DNA of 64,000 nucleotides from Escherichia coli (GCF_965641715.1 NZ_OZ282453.1); one strand, 5' to 3'. Shown: positions 1 to 13,124, counted from the stretch's first letter. Notes: generated from the letters alone by a model not told the origin. Made by a program: numbers and translations.

Positions 1-117
1 GGTGATGATATCTGGTATCAACGGCTCTGGCGGCAATTAACACCAGAGACAATGGAGGCCATCGTTGAACAGTCGCAACGTTTCCTGTTACCGCTGTTTC
101 GCTTTAATCAGTCATGA
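1..117 (+). CDS. recC: RecC (exodeoxyribonuclease V gamma subunit), C-terminal fragment truncated by window start
   Basis: Frame 1 translates to ...QSQRFLLPLFRFNQS* with stop TGA at 115-117; matches the RecC C-terminus and the expected position upstream of ptrA. Confidence 0.8.
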   Translation, partial: GDDIWYQRLWRQLTPETMEAIVEQSQRFLLPLFRFNQS

Positions 118-292
118 GTGCTGTATAAAAATTGCGCAATCTATCCGCTTACTTTATGATGCGCACCAGTCACGGACTGATGGTTATATAAACATAGGCT
201 GACTCGTGCAGCACAAGATTAAATTCTGGCAGATGATTTGCGTTAACCTGTTGAATCTGGCCAGAAAATAAAGTTGATTATGAGGTCCGTGA

Positions 293-3181
293 ATGCCCCG
301 CAGCACCTGGTTCAAAGCATTATTGTTGTTAGTTGCCCTTTGGGCACCCTTAAGTCAGGCAGAAACGGGATGGCAGCCGATTCAGGAAACCATCCGTAAA
401 AGTGATAAAGATAACCGCCAGTATCAGGCTATACGTCTGGATAACGGTATGGTGGTCTTGCTGGTTTCTGATCGGCAGGCAGTTAAATCGCTCTCGGCGC
501 TGGTGGTGCCCGTTGGGTCGCTGGAAGATCCCGAGGCGTACCAGGGGCTGGCACATTACCTTGAACATATGAGTCTGATGGGGTCGAAAAAGTACCCGCA
601 GGCTGACAGTCTGGCCGAATATCTCAAAATGCACGGTGGCAGCCACAATGCCAGCACGGCACCGTATCGCACGGCTTTCTATCTGGAAGTTGAGAACGAC
701 GCCTTGCCCGGTGCGGTAGACCGCCTGGCGGACGCTATTGCAGAACCCTTGCTCGACAAGAAATACGCCGAACGTGAGCGTAATGCGGTGAATGCCGAAT
801 TAACCATGGCGCGTACGCGTGACGGGATGCGCATGGCACAAGTCAGCGCAGAAACCATTAACCCGGCACACCCCGGTTCAAAGTTTTCTGGTGGTAACCT
901 CGAAACTTTAAGCGACAAACCTGGTAATCCGGTGCAGCAGGCGCTGAAAGATTTCCACGAGAAGTACTATTCCGCCAATCTGATGAAGGCGGTTATTTAC
1001 AGTAATAAACCGCTGCCGGAGTTGGCAAAAATGGCGGCGGACACCTTTGGTCGCGTGCCGAACAAAGAGAGCAAAAAACCGGAAATCACCGTGCCGGTAG
1101 TCACCGACGCGCAAAAGGGCATTATCATTCATTACGTCCCGGCGCTGCCGCGTAAAGTGTTGCGCGTTGAGTTTCGCATCGATAACAACTCAGCGAAGTT
1201 CCGCAGTAAAACGGATGAATTGATTACCTATCTGATTGGTAATCGCAGCCCAGGTACACTGTCTGACTGGCTGCAAAAGCAGGGATTAGTTGAGGGCATT
1301 AGCGCCAACTCCGATCCTATCGTCAACGGCAACAGCGGTGTATTAGCGATCTCTGCGTCTTTAACCGATAAAGGTCTGGCGAATCGCGATCAGGTTGTGG
1401 CGGCTATTTTTAGCTACCTCAATTTGTTACGTGAAAAAGGGATCGATAAACAATACTTCGATGAACTGGCTAATGTGCTGGATATCGACTTCCGTTATCC
1501 GTCAATCACCCGTGATATGGATTACGTCGAATGGCTGGCAGATACCATGATTCGCGTTCCGGTTGAGCATACGCTGGATGCAGTCAATATTGCCGATCGG
1601 TACGATGCTAAAGCAGTAAAAGAACGTCTGGCGATGATGACGCCGCAGAATGCGCGTATCTGGTATATCAGCCCGAAAGAGCCGCACAATAAAACGGCTT
1701 ATTTTGTCGATGCGCCGTATCAGGTCGATAAAATCAGCGAACAAACTTTCGCTGACTGGCAGCAAAAAGCTGCCAATATTGAGCTCTCCTTACCGGAGCT
1801 TAACCCCTATATTCCTGACGATTTCTCGCTGATTAAGTCAGAGAAGAAATATGACCATCCAGAGCTGATTGTTGATGAGTCGAATCTGCGCGTGGTGTAT
1901 GCGCCAAGCCGTTATTTTGCCAGCGAGCCCAAAGCTGATGTCAGCCTGATTTTGCGTAATCCGAAAGCCATGGACAGCGCCCGCAATCAGGTGATATTTG
2001 CGCTCAATGATTATCTCGCAGGGCTGGCGCTTGATCAGTTAAGCAACCAGGCGTCGGTTGGTGGCATAAGTTTTTCCACCAACGCTAACAACGGCCTTAT
2101 GGTTAATGCTAATGGTTACACCCAGCGTCTGCCGCAGCTGTTCCAGGCATTGCTCGAGGGGTACTTTAGCTATACCGCTACGGAAGATCAGCTTGAGCAG
2201 GCGAAGTCCTGGTATAACCAGATGATGGATTCCGCAGAAAAGGGTAAAGCGTTTGAGCAGGCGATTATGCCCGCGCAGATGCTCTCGCAAGTGCCGTACT
2301 TCTCGCGAGATGAACGGCGTAAAATTTTGCCCTCCATTACGTTGAAAGAGGTGCTGGCCTATCGCGACGCCTTAAAATCAGGGGCTCGACCAGAGTTTAT
2401 GGTTATCGGCAACATGACCGAGGCCCAGGCAACAACGCTGGCACGCGATGTGCAAAAACAGTTGGGCGCTGATGGTTCAGAGTGGTGTCGAAACAAAGAT
2501 GTAGTGGTCGATAAAAAACAATCCGTCATCTTTGAAAAAGCCGGTAACAGCACCGACTCCGCACTGGCAGCGGTATTTGTACCGACTGGCTACGATGAAT
2601 ACACCAGCTCAGCCTATAGCTCTCTGTTGGGGCAGATCGTACAGCCGTGGTTCTACAATCAGTTGCGTACCGAAGAACAGTTGGGCTATGCCGTGTTTGC
2701 GTTTCCAATGAGCGTGGGGCGTCAGTGGGGCATGGGCTTCCTTTTGCAAAGCAATGATAAACAGCCTTCATTCTTGTGGGAGCGTTACAAGGCGTTTTTC
2801 CCAACCGCAGAGGCAAAATTGCGGGCGATGAAGCCAGATGAGTTTGCGCAAATCCAGCAGGCGGTAATTACCCAGATGCTGCAGGCACCGCAAACGCTCG
2901 GCGAAGAAGCATCGAAGTTAAGTAAAGATTTCGATCGCGGCAATATGCGCTTCGATTCGCGTGATAAAATCGTGGCCCAGATAAAACTGCTGACGCCGCA
3001 AAAACTTGCTGATTTCTTCCATCAGGCGGTGGTCGAGCCGCAAGGCATGGCTATTCTGTCGCAGATTTCCGGCAGCCAGAACGGGAAAGCCGAATATGTG
3101 CATCCTGAAGGCTGGAAAGTGTGGGAGAACGTCAGCGCGTTGCAGCAAACAATGCCCCTGATGAGTGAAAAGAATGAGTGA
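293..3181 (+). CDS. ptrA: Protease III (pitrilysin), M16 zinc metallopeptidase, periplasmic
   Basis: 962 aa ORF with signal peptide and inverted zinc motif HYLEH (HxxEH); protein recognised as E. coli PtrA. Confidence 0.95.
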   Translation: MPRSTWFKALLLLVALWAPLSQAETGWQPIQETIRKSDKDNRQYQAIRLDNGMVVLLVSDRQAVKSLSALVVPVGSLEDPEAYQGLAHYLEHMSLMGSKKYPQADSLAEYLKMHGGSHNASTAPYRTAFYLEVENDALPGAVDRLADAIAEPLLDKKYAERERNAVNAELTMARTRDGMRMAQVSAETINPAHPGSKFSGGNLETLSDKPGNPVQQALKDFHEKYYSANLMKAVIYSNKPLPELAKMAADTFGRVPNKESKKPEITVPVVTDAQKGIIIHYVPALPRKVLRVEFRIDNNSAKFRSKTDELITYLIGNRSPGTLSDWLQKQGLVEGISANSDPIVNGNSGVLAISASLTDKGLANRDQVVAAIFSYLNLLREKGIDKQYFDELANVLDIDFRYPSITRDMDYVEWLADTMIRVPVEHTLDAVNIADRYDAKAVKERLAMMTPQNARIWYISPKEPHNKTAYFVDAPYQVDKISEQTFADWQQKAANIELSLPELNPYIPDDFSLIKSEKKYDHPELIVDESNLRVVYAPSRYFASEPKADVSLILRNPKAMDSARNQVIFALNDYLAGLALDQLSNQASVGGISFSTNANNGLMVNANGYTQRLPQLFQALLEGYFSYTATEDQLEQAKSWYNQMMDSAEKGKAFEQAIMPAQMLSQVPYFSRDERRKILPSITLKEVLAYRDALKSGARPEFMVIGNMTEAQATTLARDVQKQLGADGSEWCRNKDVVVDKKQSVIFEKAGNSTDSALAAVFVPTGYDEYTSSAYSSLLGQIVQPWFYNQLRTEEQLGYAVFAFPMSVGRQWGMGFLLQSNDKQPSFLWERYKAFFPTAEAKLRAMKPDEFAQIQQAVITQMLQAPQTLGEEASKLSKDFDRGNMRFDSRDKIVAQIKLLTPQKLADFFHQAVVEPQGMAILSQISGSQNGKAEYVHPEGWKVWENVSALQQTMPLMSEKNE

Positions 3182-6100
3182 TGTCGCCGAGACACTAGAT
3201 CCTTTGCGCTTGCCCTTACAGGGCGAGCGCCTGATTGAAGCCTCTGCCGGCACAGGCAAAACCTTTACGATTGCGGCGCTCTATTTGCGCCTGTTACTTG
3301 GACTAGGCGGTTCCGCCGCCTTTCCCCGCCCGCTGACCGTTGAAGAACTGCTGGTGGTCACCTTTACCGAGGCTGCCACGGCAGAATTGCGTGGTCGTAT
3401 CCGTAGCAATATCCATGAGTTGCGCATCGCCTGTCTGCGTGAAACCACCGACAATCCACTGTACGAACGTCTGCTGGAAGAGATCGACGATAAAGCGCAA
3501 GCCGCGAAGTGGTTGTTGTTAGCCGAACGGCAGATGGATGAAGCGGCAGTCTTTACTATTCACGGTTTTTGCCAGCGCATGCTCAACCTGAATGCCTTTG
3601 AATCCGGCATGCTGTTTGAGCAGCAGCTGATTGAAGATGAGTCTCTGCTACGTTACCAGGCCTGCGCCGATTTCTGGCGTCGCCACTGCTACCCGCTGCC
3701 GCGTGAAATAGCCCAGGTCGTCTTTGAAACCTGGAAAGGGCCGCAGGCGTTGCTGCGCGATATTAATCGTTATCTGCAAGGTGAAGCGCCGGTTATCAAA
3801 GCACCGCCGCCCGATGATGAAACGCTGGCTTCCCGTCACGCGCAAATTGTGGCGCGTATTGATACGGTAAAACAGCAGTGGCGCGACGCAGTGGGTGAAC
3901 TGGATGCGCTGATCGAATCTTCTGGTATTGATCGACGCAAGTTTAACCGTAGCAATCAGGCTAAATGGATCGACAAGATCAGCGCCTGGGCAGAAGAAGA
4001 GACAAACAGTTATCAGTTGCCGGAGTCGCTGGAAAAATTCTCCCAGCGTTTCTTAGAAGATCGCACGAAAGCCGGGGGGGAAACCCCGCGACATCCACTG
4101 TTTGAGGCGATCGATCAACTGCTTGCAGAACCATTGTCGATCCGCGATCTGGTGATCACCCGTGCATTGGCTGAGATCCGCGAAACAGTAGCGCGTGAAA
4201 AACGCCGCCGTGGCGAATTGGGTTTTGATGACATGTTAAGTCGGCTCGATTCCGCGCTGCGTAGCGAAAGCGGTGAGGTGTTGGCAGCGGCGATCCGTAC
4301 GCGATTCCCGGTGGCAATGATCGATGAATTTCAGGATACCGACCCCCAGCAGTACCGAATTTTTCGCCGTATCTGGCACCATCAGCCGGAAACCGCATTG
4401 TTGCTAATTGGCGACCCGAAGCAGGCCATATATGCATTCCGGGGTGCGGATATCTTCACTTATATGAAGGCGCGTAGCGAAGTTCACGCCCACTACACTT
4501 TAGACACCAACTGGCGTTCCGCACCAGGAATGGTGAACAGCGTGAACAAGCTTTTCAGACAGACTGATGACGCGTTCATGTTTCGCGAAATACCGTTTAT
4601 TCCAGTGAAATCAGCCGGGAAAAATCAGGCGTTACGTTTTGTCTTTAAAGGTGAAACGCAGCCTGCGATGAAAATGTGGCTGATGGAAGGCGAAAGCTGC
4701 GGCGTTGGCGATTATCAAAGTACCATGGCGCAGGTATGTGCTGCGCAAATCCGCGACTGGCTACAAGCCGGACAGCGGGGCGAAGCGTTGCTGATGAACG
4801 GCGACGACGCGCGTCCGGTGCGTGCTTCGGACATCAGTGTGCTGGTGCGCAGCCGCCAGGAGGCCGCCCAGGTGCGCGATGCCTTAACGTTGCTGGAAAT
4901 CCCTTCCGTTTACCTTTCGAACCGCGACAGTGTTTTTGAAACTCTGGAAGCGCAGGAAATGCTTTGGTTGTTGCAGGCGGTGATGACGCCCGAACGTGAG
5001 AACACCCTGCGCAGTGCGCTGGCAACGTCAATGATGGGGCTGAATGCGCTGGATATTGAAACGCTGAACAATGACGAACATGCGGGGGATGCGGTAGTTG
5101 AAGAGTTCGATGGTTATCGGCAAATCTGGCGCAAACGTGGCGTTATGCCGATGCTGCGGGCGCTGATGTCGGCGCGTAACATTGCAGAAAACTTGCTGGC
5201 AACGGCAGGCGGTGAGCGGCGTCTTACCGATATCTTGCATATCAGCGAACTGCTTCAAGAAGCCGGAACGCAGCTGGAAAGTGAACATGCGCTGGTACGC
5301 TGGTTATCGCAACATATCCTCGAGCCAGACAGTAATGCCTCCAGCCAACAAATGCGCCTCGAAAGTGATAAACATCTGGTACAGATTGTCACGATCCATA
5401 AATCAAAAGGGCTGGAATATCCGCTTGTCTGGTTGCCATTTATTACCAATTTCCGCGTCCAGGATCAGGCGTTTTATCACGATCGCCACTCGTTTGAGGC
5501 TGTTCTGGATCTTAACGCTGCGCCAGAAAGTGTCGATCTCGCGGAGGCCGAACGTCTGGCGGAAGATCTGCGTTTGCTTTACGTGGCGCTGACGCGTTCG
5601 GTTTGGCATTGTAGTCTCGGCGTTGCACCGCTGGTGCGCCGTCGTGGCGATAAAAAAGGTGACACCGACGTCCACCAAAGTGCGCTCGGGCGTTTGCTGC
5701 AAAAAGGGGAACCGCAAGATGCGGCAGGGCTTCGCACCTGTATTGAAGCGTTATGCGATGATGATATTGCCTGGCAAACGGCACAAACTGGTGATAACCA
5801 GCCCTGGCAGGTTAATGATGCTTTAACTGCAGAACTGAATGCGAGGACGCTACAACGATTGCCCGGCGATAACTGGCGTGTCACCAGCTACTCCGGCTTG
5901 CAGCAGCGTGGTCACGGTATCGCTCAGGATCTGATGCCACGGCTGGATGTTGATGCCGCAGGCGTGGTCAGCGTCGTTGAAGAACCGACGTTAACACCGC
6001 ATCAGTTCCCGCGCGGTGCGTCACCGGGGACATTCTTGCACAGTTTGTTTGAAGACCTCGATTTTACCCAGCCGGTTGACCCGAACTGGGTACAGGAAAA

Positions 6101-6716
6101 ACTGGAACTCGGCGGCTTTGAATCGCAGTGGGAACCGGTGTTGACCGAGTGGATCACGGCTGTCCTCCAGGCGCCGCTCAATGAAACGGGTGTTAGCCTG
6201 AGTCAGCTTTCCGACCGCGATAAACAGGTGGAGATGGAGTTTTATCTGCCGATTAGTGAACCGCTTATCGCCAGTCAGCTTGATACGTTAATCCGCCAGT
6301 TTGACCCGCTATCCGCAGGCTGCCCGCCGCTGGAGTTCATGCAGGTACGTGGCATGTTAAAAGGCTTTATCGACCTGGTGTTCCGCCACGAAGGGCGTTA
6401 TTACCTGCTTGACTATAAATCCAACTGGTTGGGTGAAGACAGTTCGGCTTACACCCAACAGGCTATGGCGGCGGCAATGCAGGCACACCGCTATGATCTG
6501 CAATATCAGCTTTATACCCTGGCGCTGCATCGTTATCTGCGCCATCGCATTGCTGATTACGACTATGAGCGCCACTTTGGCGGCGTTATTTATCTGTTCC
6601 TGCGTGGCGTTGATAAAGAACATCCGCAACAGGGGATTTACACAACCCGACCCAACGCCGGGTTGATTGCCCTGATGGATGAGATGTTTGCCGGTATGAC
6701 CCTGGAGGAGGCGTAA
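3174..6716 (+). CDS. recB: RecBCD helicase/nuclease subunit RecB
   Basis: ORF track 3165-6716; likely true start at [10 protein letters not shown] (3174); Walker A GTGKT; overlaps ptrA stop by 8 nt. Confidence 0.95.
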   Translation: MSDVAETLDPLRLPLQGERLIEASAGTGKTFTIAALYLRLLLGLGGSAAFPRPLTVEELLVVTFTEAATAELRGRIRSNIHELRIACLRETTDNPLYERLLEEIDDKAQAAKWLLLAERQMDEAAVFTIHGFCQRMLNLNAFESGMLFEQQLIEDESLLRYQACADFWRRHCYPLPREIAQVVFETWKGPQALLRDINRYLQGEAPVIKAPPPDDETLASRHAQIVARIDTVKQQWRDAVGELDALIESSGIDRRKFNRSNQAKWIDKISAWAEEETNSYQLPESLEKFSQRFLEDRTKAGGETPRHPLFEAIDQLLAEPLSIRDLVITRALAEIRETVAREKRRRGELGFDDMLSRLDSALRSESGEVLAAAIRTRFPVAMIDEFQDTDPQQYRIFRRIWHHQPETALLLIGDPKQAIYAFRGADIFTYMKARSEVHAHYTLDTNWRSAPGMVNSVNKLFRQTDDAFMFREIPFIPVKSAGKNQALRFVFKGETQPAMKMWLMEGESCGVGDYQSTMAQVCAAQIRDWLQAGQRGEALLMNGDDARPVRASDISVLVRSRQEAAQVRDALTLLEIPSVYLSNRDSVFETLEAQEMLWLLQAVMTPERENTLRSALATSMMGLNALDIETLNNDEHAGDAVVEEFDGYRQIWRKRGVMPMLRALMSARNIAENLLATAGGERRLTDILHISELLQEAGTQLESEHALVRWLSQHILEPDSNASSQQMRLESDKHLVQIVTIHKSKGLEYPLVWLPFITNFRVQDQAFYHDRHSFEAVLDLNAAPESVDLAEAERLAEDLRLLYVALTRSVWHCSLGVAPLVRRRGDKKGDTDVHQSALGRLLQKGEPQDAAGLRTCIEALCDDDIAWQTAQTGDNQPWQVNDALTAELNARTLQRLPGDNWRVTSYSGLQQRGHGIAQDLMPRLDVDAAGVVSVVEEPTLTPHQFPRGASPGTFLHSLFEDLDFTQPVDPNWVQEKLELGGFESQWEPVLTEWITAVLQAPLNETGVSLSQLSDRDKQVEMEFYLPISEPLIASQLDTLIRQFDPLSAGCPPLEFMQVRGMLKGFIDLVFRHEGRYYLLDYKSNWLGEDSSAYTQQAMAAAMQAHRYDLQYQLYTLALHRYLRHRIADYDYERHFGGVIYLFLRGVDKEHPQQGIYTTRPNAGLIALMDEMFAGMTLEEA

Positions 6717-8542
6717 TGAAATTGCAAAAGCAATTACTGGAAGCTGTGGAGCACAAACAGCTACGCCCGCTGGATGTGCAATTTGCCCTGACCGTGGCGG
6801 GAGATGAACATCCTGCCGTCACCATCGCGGCGGCACTGTTAAGTCATGATGCCGGAGAGGGACACGTTTGTTTGCCGCTTTCACGACTGGAAAATAACGA
6901 GGCGTCGCATCCGCTGTTGGCGACCTGTGTCAGTGAAATCGGTGAGCTACAAAATTGGGAAGAATGCTTGTTGGCTTCTCAAGCGGTCAGCAGGGGAGAT
7001 GAACCCACGCCGATGATCCTCTGTGACGATCGTCTTTATTTGAATCGCATGTGGTGTAACGAGCGGACGGTAGCGCGCTTCTTCAATGAGGTGAATCATG
7101 CCATCGAGGTGGATGAAGCCTTGTTGGCGCAAACCCTGGATAAACTCTTTCCGACTGGCGATGAAATTAACTGGCAAAAAGTTGCGGCGGCAGTGGCGCT
7201 GACGCGGCGGATCTCGGTGATTTCCGGCGGCCCTGGCACCGGTAAAACGACCACCGTAGCGAAGTTGCTGGCAGCGTTAATTCAAATGGCAGACGGCGAA
7301 CGCTGCCGTATCCGTCTGGCTGCACCAACGGGTAAAGCTGCCGCGCGCTTAACCGAATCTCTCGGCAAGGCTTTGCGACAGTTACCGCTGACCGATGAAC
7401 AAAAGAAACGCATTCCGGAAGATGCCAGCACTTTGCACCGATTGCTGGGCGCGCAGCCGGGTAGCCAGCGTTTACGTCATCATGCCGGTAACCCGCTGCA
7501 TCTTGATGTGCTGGTGGTAGATGAAGCGTCAATGATCGATCTGCCTATGATGTCGAGACTGATCGACGCCTTGCCCGATCATGCGCGAGTGATCTTTCTC
7601 GGCGATCGTGATCAACTGGCCTCGGTTGAGGCTGGGGCTGTGCTGGGCGATATCTGCGCTTATGCCAACGCGGGCTTTACCGCCGAGCGTGCCAGGCAGC
7701 TAAGCCGCCTGACGGGGACTCACGTTCCGGCAGGAACTGGCACAGAAGCGGCATCTTTGCGCGACAGTCTCTGCCTGCTGCAAAAAAGCTATCGTTTCGG
7801 CAGCGATTCTGGCATTGGTCAGTTAGCTGCGGCGATCAACTGTGGTGATAAAACGGCAGTGAAAACCGTTTTTCAGCAGGATTTTACTGATATCGAAAAA
7901 CGACTTTTACAGAGCGGCGAAGATTATATTGCGATGCTTGAGGAAGCTCTTGCGGGTTACGGACGTTATCTGGATCTGCTGCAAGCGCGTGCCGAGCCGG
8001 ATTTAATCATTCAGGCGTTCAATGAGTACCAGCTTTTGTGCGCCCTGCGGGAAGGGCCATTTGGCGTGGCTGGACTGAATGAGCGAATTGAGCAGTTTAT
8101 GCAACAGAAGCGCAAAATTCATCGTAATCCGCACTCTCGTTGGTACGAAGGCCGACCGGTGATGATTGCCCGTAATGACAGCGCGCTTGGGTTGTTTAAT
8201 GGCGATATCGGTATTGCGCTGGATCGCGGGCAGGGGACGCGCGTCTGGTTTGCGATGCCGGACGGCAATATTAAGTCTGTGCAACCGAGTCGCTTGCCAG
8301 AGCACGAAACTACGTGGGCGATGACGGTACATAAATCGCAGGGATCGGAGTTCGACCATGCGGCGTTGATTTTACCGAGCCAACGCACGCCGGTAGTAAC
8401 GCGAGAGCTGGTATACACCGCGGTGACCCGCGCGCGTCGCCGTCTGTCGCTGTATGCCGATGAGCGTATATTAAGTGCGGCAATCGCCACTCGTACTGAG
8501 CGGCGCAGTGGTCTGGCGGCGTTGTTTAGTTCGCGGGAATAA
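6716..8542 (+). CDS. recD: RecBCD helicase subunit RecD
   Basis: 608 aa; Walker [11 protein letters not shown]; start ATG overlaps recB stop (TAATG). Confidence 0.95.
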   Translation: MKLQKQLLEAVEHKQLRPLDVQFALTVAGDEHPAVTIAAALLSHDAGEGHVCLPLSRLENNEASHPLLATCVSEIGELQNWEECLLASQAVSRGDEPTPMILCDDRLYLNRMWCNERTVARFFNEVNHAIEVDEALLAQTLDKLFPTGDEINWQKVAAAVALTRRISVISGGPGTGKTTTVAKLLAALIQMADGERCRIRLAAPTGKAAARLTESLGKALRQLPLTDEQKKRIPEDASTLHRLLGAQPGSQRLRHHAGNPLHLDVLVVDEASMIDLPMMSRLIDALPDHARVIFLGDRDQLASVEAGAVLGDICAYANAGFTAERARQLSRLTGTHVPAGTGTEAASLRDSLCLLQKSYRFGSDSGIGQLAAAINCGDKTAVKTVFQQDFTDIEKRLLQSGEDYIAMLEEALAGYGRYLDLLQARAEPDLIIQAFNEYQLLCALREGPFGVAGLNERIEQFMQQKRKIHRNPHSRWYEGRPVMIARNDSALGLFNGDIGIALDRGQGTRVWFAMPDGNIKSVQPSRLPEHETTWAMTVHKSQGSEFDHAALILPSQRTPVVTRELVYTAVTRARRRLSLYADERILSAAIATRTERRSGLAALFSSRE

Positions 8543-8550
8543 ACGTAATT

Positions 8551-8591
8551 GCCGGATGCGACGCACGAGTGTTACGCCTGCCGCATCCGGC
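8551..8591. repeat. REP-like palindromic element between convergent recD and argA
   Basis: gccggatgcgacgc...cgcatccggc inverted repeat typical of enterobacterial REP units. Confidence 0.6.
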
Positions 8592-8603
8592 GATTTTCAT
8601 CGC

Positions 8604-9935
8604 TTACCCTAAATCCGCCATCAACACTTTGGATTTACGCTGGTAGTTGTACAACTGCTTTTTGCTCTCGGGCAGTAAATCAATATCCACCGGGGTAAAT
8701 CCACGTTCCTGGAACCAGTGAATACTGCGCGTGGTCAGCACAAACAATTTGCTTAAGCCGCTCTGCTTCGCCTGAGCGGCAATGCGTTCCAGCAGAACCT
8801 CGCCCCGTGATGAGCTGCGGTAATCCGGGTGAACTGCCACACAGGCCATTTCCCCAATCTTCTCTTCCGGGAACGGATAGAGCGCGGCGCAGGCAATAGT
8901 CGTGTTATCGCGCTGAATAATGGTGAATTTGTCGATTTCCATCTCCAGCTGCTCGCGAGAACGGCGTACCAGAATACCTTGCTGCTCCAGCGGGCGAATC
9001 AACTCCAGAATACCGCCGATATCGTTGATTGTTGCGCGACGAATCTGCTCGGCGCTTTCCATCACAATCTGCGTACCGATACCGTCGCGTGAGAACAACT
9101 CTTGCAACAGCGCGCCATCTTCCTGATAACTGATTAAATGACAGCGACGCACGCCGCTGCGGCAGGCTTTCACTGCGCCACGCAAAAAGCGCACCGTACC
9201 GGAGTTGTAATCGCCTTTCTCTTCCTGGGCTTCTACCCGCGCTTGCGCTTCGTTAGGGAAAAGTTCGGAGACAATATCACCGTCGTCATTAGTGACGCCC
9301 TGGGAAGAGCAAAAACCAATCATCTTTTCAGCTTTCAGTTTGATGGCCAGTTGAGTGGCAATCTCTTCCGAGGTCAGATTAAAGCTCTCGCCAGTGACTG
9401 AAACAGCGACCGGCCCCATTAGCACTATTGCACCGCTGTCCAGTTGACGATGGATCGCGTCTTCATCAATCCGCCGGATACGCCCGCTATGGCAGTAATC
9501 CACGCCGTCATCGACGCCCAGCGGCTGGGCAATAATAAAATTGCCACTGACGACGTTGATATGCGCGCCCTGTAGCGGCGTGTTATTGAGACTCATCGAC
9601 AGGCGAGCAGTAATATCCAGTTGCAATGTTCCCGCAGCCTGCTTCACCAGTTCCAGTGTTTTGGCGTCGGTCACACGTATATTCTTGTGATACAGCGGTT
9701 CGTGGTGATGCGCAGCCAGATTTGCGTCGATCTGCGGACGTGCGCCATAGACCACCACCAGACGGATGCCGAGGCTGTGCAACAACCCGATATCATTAAC
9801 GATACTGGAGAAATTCTCATGCTCAATGGCTTCACCGCCGAGCATGATGACAAACGTTTTTCCCCGGTGGGTATTGATATAGGGAACCGAATGGCGGAAT
9901 CCCTCGACCAGCTCGGTTTTACGTTCCTTTACCAC
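8604..9935 (-). CDS. argA: N-acetylglutamate synthase
   Basis: ORF track gives 8604-10001; protein matches ArgA from [12 protein letters not shown], implying a GTG start at 9935 (443 aa). Confidence 0.9.
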   Translation of the reverse strand: MVKERKTELVEGFRHSVPYINTHRGKTFVIMLGGEAIEHENFSSIVNDIGLLHSLGIRLVVVYGARPQIDANLAAHHHEPLYHKNIRVTDAKTLELVKQAAGTLQLDITARLSMSLNNTPLQGAHINVVSGNFIIAQPLGVDDGVDYCHSGRIRRIDEDAIHRQLDSGAIVLMGPVAVSVTGESFNLTSEEIATQLAIKLKAEKMIGFCSSQGVTNDDGDIVSELFPNEAQARVEAQEEKGDYNSGTVRFLRGAVKACRSGVRRCHLISYQEDGALLQELFSRDGIGTQIVMESAEQIRRATINDIGGILELIRPLEQQGILVRRSREQLEMEIDKFTIIQRDNTTIACAALYPFPEEKIGEMACVAVHPDYRSSSRGEVLLERIAAQAKQSGLSKLFVLTTRSIHWFQERGFTPVDIDLLPESKKQLYNYQRKSKVLMADLG

Positions 9936-10166
9936 GGCACACCTCTTTGCATTATTATTCGAATTTATTGTATTTTTATTCTGTTTTTTCGCAGGGTGCA
10001 AGTGTAAATTTTATGCGAGAGCGACTTTTTTATCAGTAATGGCGTGAATATAAAAAGAATGTTTACCGTTTATTAGATGACAGATTATGCGTCTTTCGCT
10101 AAAGTTTCCGGTCAAATTAGTCGTTTACTTGTTACACAGCTTAGATTTCTTTTGCTCGGGAGAGGC

Positions 10167-11420
10167 ATGTCAGGATCCAACACTGCAATCAGCCGTCGTC
10201 GTTTACTGCAAGGCGCGGGTGCCATGTGGCTATTGAGCGTAAGTCAGGTCAGTCTGGCTGCGGTCAGCCAGGTCGTGGCGGTGCGCGTCTGGCCTGCGTC
10301 CAGCTACACCCGCGTGACGGTAGAATCAAATCGTCAGCTGAAATATAAGCAGTTCGCGTTGAGTAACCCGGAACGCGTGGTGGTGGATATCGAAGATGTA
10401 AACCTGAACTCGGTACTCAAGGGGATGGCGGCACAAATTCGTGCAGACGACCCGTTCATCAAGTCGGCGCGCGTCGGGCAATTTGACCCGCAAACCGTAC
10501 GGATGGTTTTTGAATTAAAGCAAAACGTAAAACCGCAGCTGTTTGCCCTTGCGCCGGTCGCCGGGTTTAAAGAGCGTCTGGTGATGGACCTCTATCCGGC
10601 CAATGCACAGGATATGCAGGACCCGCTGCTGGCGCTGCTGGAGGATTACAACAAAGGCGACCTCGAAAAGCAGGTGCCGCCAGCGCAAAGTGGTCCACAA
10701 CCAGGTAAAGCAGGGCGCGATCGTCCGATTGTCATTATGCTTGACCCTGGCCACGGTGGCGAAGACTCCGGTGCGGTGGGGAAATACAAAACGCGCGAAA
10801 AAGATGTGGTATTGCAAATAGCTCGCCGTTTGCGCTCTCTGATCGAGAAAGAGGGCAATATGAAGGTGTACATGACGCGCAATGAAGACATCTTCATTCC
10901 GTTGCAAGTGCGCGTAGCAAAAGCTCAGAAACAGCGTGCTGACCTGTTTGTCTCTATCCATGCCGACGCCTTTACCAGTCGCCAGCCGAGCGGTTCCTCG
11001 GTGTTTGCGCTCTCAACCAAAGGTGCAACCAGTACTGCGGCAAAATATCTGGCACAAACCCAGAACGCCTCCGACTTGATTGGTGGCGTGAGCAAAAGCG
11101 GTGACCGCTATGTCGACCACACCATGTTCGATATGGTGCAGTCGCTGACCATTGCTGACAGCCTTAAGTTTGGTAAAGCGGTGCTGAATAAGCTCGGTAA
11201 AATCAACAAGCTGCATAAAAATCAAGTTGAACAGGCCGGGTTTGCCGTACTAAAGGCACCAGATATTCCCTCCATTCTGGTCGAAACGGCGTTTATCAGT
11301 AACGTTGAGGAAGAGCGTAAACTGAAAACGGCGACCTTCCAGCAGGAAGTTGCGGAGTCTATTCTTGCGGGAATTAAAGCGTATTTTGCCGATGGGGCGA
11401 CCCTGGCGAGAAGGGGATGA
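10167..11420 (+). CDS. amiC: N-acetylmuramoyl-L-alanine amidase AmiC (Tat-exported)
   Basis: ORF track starts 10077; likely true start at [18 protein letters not shown] (twin-arginine signal) at 10167; amidase_3 catalytic domain. Confidence 0.9.
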
Positions 11421-11447
11421 TAAAAAGGCGCTGAATGGCGCTTTTTT
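11421..11447 (+). terminator. Intrinsic terminator after amiC
   Basis: aaaaaggcgc-tgaatg-gcgctttttt hairpin flanked by A and T runs immediately after amiC stop. Confidence 0.5.
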
Positions 11448-11454
11448 ATAGGAG

Positions 11455-11490
11455 ACCAGAAACAAAAAAACACCCGTTAGGGTGTTCAAT
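11455..11490 (-). terminator. Intrinsic terminator downstream of the tRNA-fMet operon
   Basis: On minus strand: aacaccc-taacg-ggtgtt followed by a T-run, directly 3' of the last tRNA copy. Confidence 0.5.
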
Positions 11491-11493
11491 AAT

Positions 11494-11570
<77 letters not shown>

Positions 11571-11603
11571 TCACCGTACTGCTTTTACTTCATCAAATTT
11601 GAT

Positions 11604-11680
<77 letters not shown>

Positions 11681-11713
11681 TCACCGTACTGCTTTACTTC
11701 ATCAAATTTTAAT

Positions 11714-11790
<77 letters not shown>

Positions 11791-11998
11791 TCCGTGGATG
11801 CGCACTATACTCCGCTCGCGTTTTCATGCAACCTTTTTTTTACCCCGATCACGGATCTGGCATGATTTTGAACAAAAACAAATCACTAAAGCCTATTTTT
11901 TGTGCAAAATTTGCGTCAGGGAGAGGCTGCTCATTTCATTAAACGCGGTGGTTTGTTATCTTCGTTGCGCCTTATTTTTTAACCTGAAGAAGAGAACA

Positions 11999-13096
11999 AT
12001 GAAAGGACGTTGGGTAAAGTACCTTCTTATGGGCACGGTTGTGGCAATGCTTGCCGCCTGCTCTTCCAAACCAACCGATCGCGGACAGCAATATAAAGAC
12101 GGGAAATTTACCCAGCCTTTCTCTCTGGTGAACCAGCCAGATGCCGTTGGCGCGCCGATTAACGCCGGTGATTTTGCCGAGCAAATTAACCATATCCGTA
12201 ATTCGTCACCGCGTCTGTATGGCAACCAGAGTAATGTTTATAACGCGGTGCAAGAGTGGCTGCGCGCAGGCGGTGATACCCGCAATATGCGTCAGTTCGG
12301 CATTGATGCCTGGCAGATGGAAGGTGCCGACAACTATGGTAACGTGCAGTTTACAGGCTATTACACGCCGGTAATTCAGGCGCGCCATACCCGCCAGGGC
12401 GAGTTCCAGTATCCTATTTACCGTATGCCGCCAAAACGTGGTCGTCTGCCGTCTCGTGCGGAGATCTACGCGGGGGCATTGAGTGATAAATATATTCTCG
12501 CTTACAGTAACTCCCTGATGGATAACTTCATTATGGATGTGCAGGGTAGTGGGTATATCGACTTTGGTGATGGCAGTCCGCTTAACTTTTTCAGCTATGC
12601 AGGGAAAAACGGTCATGCCTATCGCAGCATTGGTAAGGTGCTGATCGACCGTGGCGAAGTGAAAAAAGAAGATATGTCGATGCAGGCGATTCGTCACTGG
12701 GGCGAAACACACAGTGAAGCCGAGGTTCGCGAGCTGCTGGAACAGAACCCGTCTTTCGTCTTCTTTAAACCGCAATCTTTTGCACCGGTGAAAGGGGCAA
12801 GTGCGGTGCCGCTGGTTGGCCGTGCTTCTGTTGCCTCTGATCGTTCAATTATTCCGCCAGGTACAACCTTGCTGGCAGAAGTGCCGCTGCTGGATAATAA
12901 CGGCAAATTTAATGGTCAGTATGAACTGCGTCTGATGGTGGCACTGGATGTCGGTGGCGCAATCAAAGGCCAACACTTCGATATCTATCAAGGGATCGGG
13001 CCGGAAGCCGGACACCGCGCAGGTTGGTACAACCACTATGGACGGGTTTGGGTGCTGAAAACGGCTCCGGGCGCAGGTAACGTCTTTAGCGGCTGA
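11999..13096 (+). CDS. mltA: Membrane-bound lytic murein transglycosylase A (lipoprotein)
   Basis: ORF track starts 11717 and runs through the tRNA genes; true start at MKGRWVKYLLMGTVVAMLAACSS (lipobox) at 11999. Confidence 0.9.
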   Translation: MKGRWVKYLLMGTVVAMLAACSSKPTDRGQQYKDGKFTQPFSLVNQPDAVGAPINAGDFAEQINHIRNSSPRLYGNQSNVYNAVQEWLRAGGDTRNMRQFGIDAWQMEGADNYGNVQFTGYYTPVIQARHTRQGEFQYPIYRMPPKRGRLPSRAEIYAGALSDKYILAYSNSLMDNFIMDVQGSGYIDFGDGSPLNFFSYAGKNGHAYRSIGKVLIDRGEVKKEDMSMQAIRHWGETHSEAEVRELLEQNPSFVFFKPQSFAPVKGASAVPLVGRASVASDRSIIPPGTTLLAEVPLLDNNGKFNGQYELRLMVALDVGGAIKGQHFDIYQGIGPEAGHRAGWYNHYGRVWVLKTAPGAGNVFSG

Positions 13097-13124
13097 TGTG
13101 ATATTCTGTATGCCGTTTTTACGG

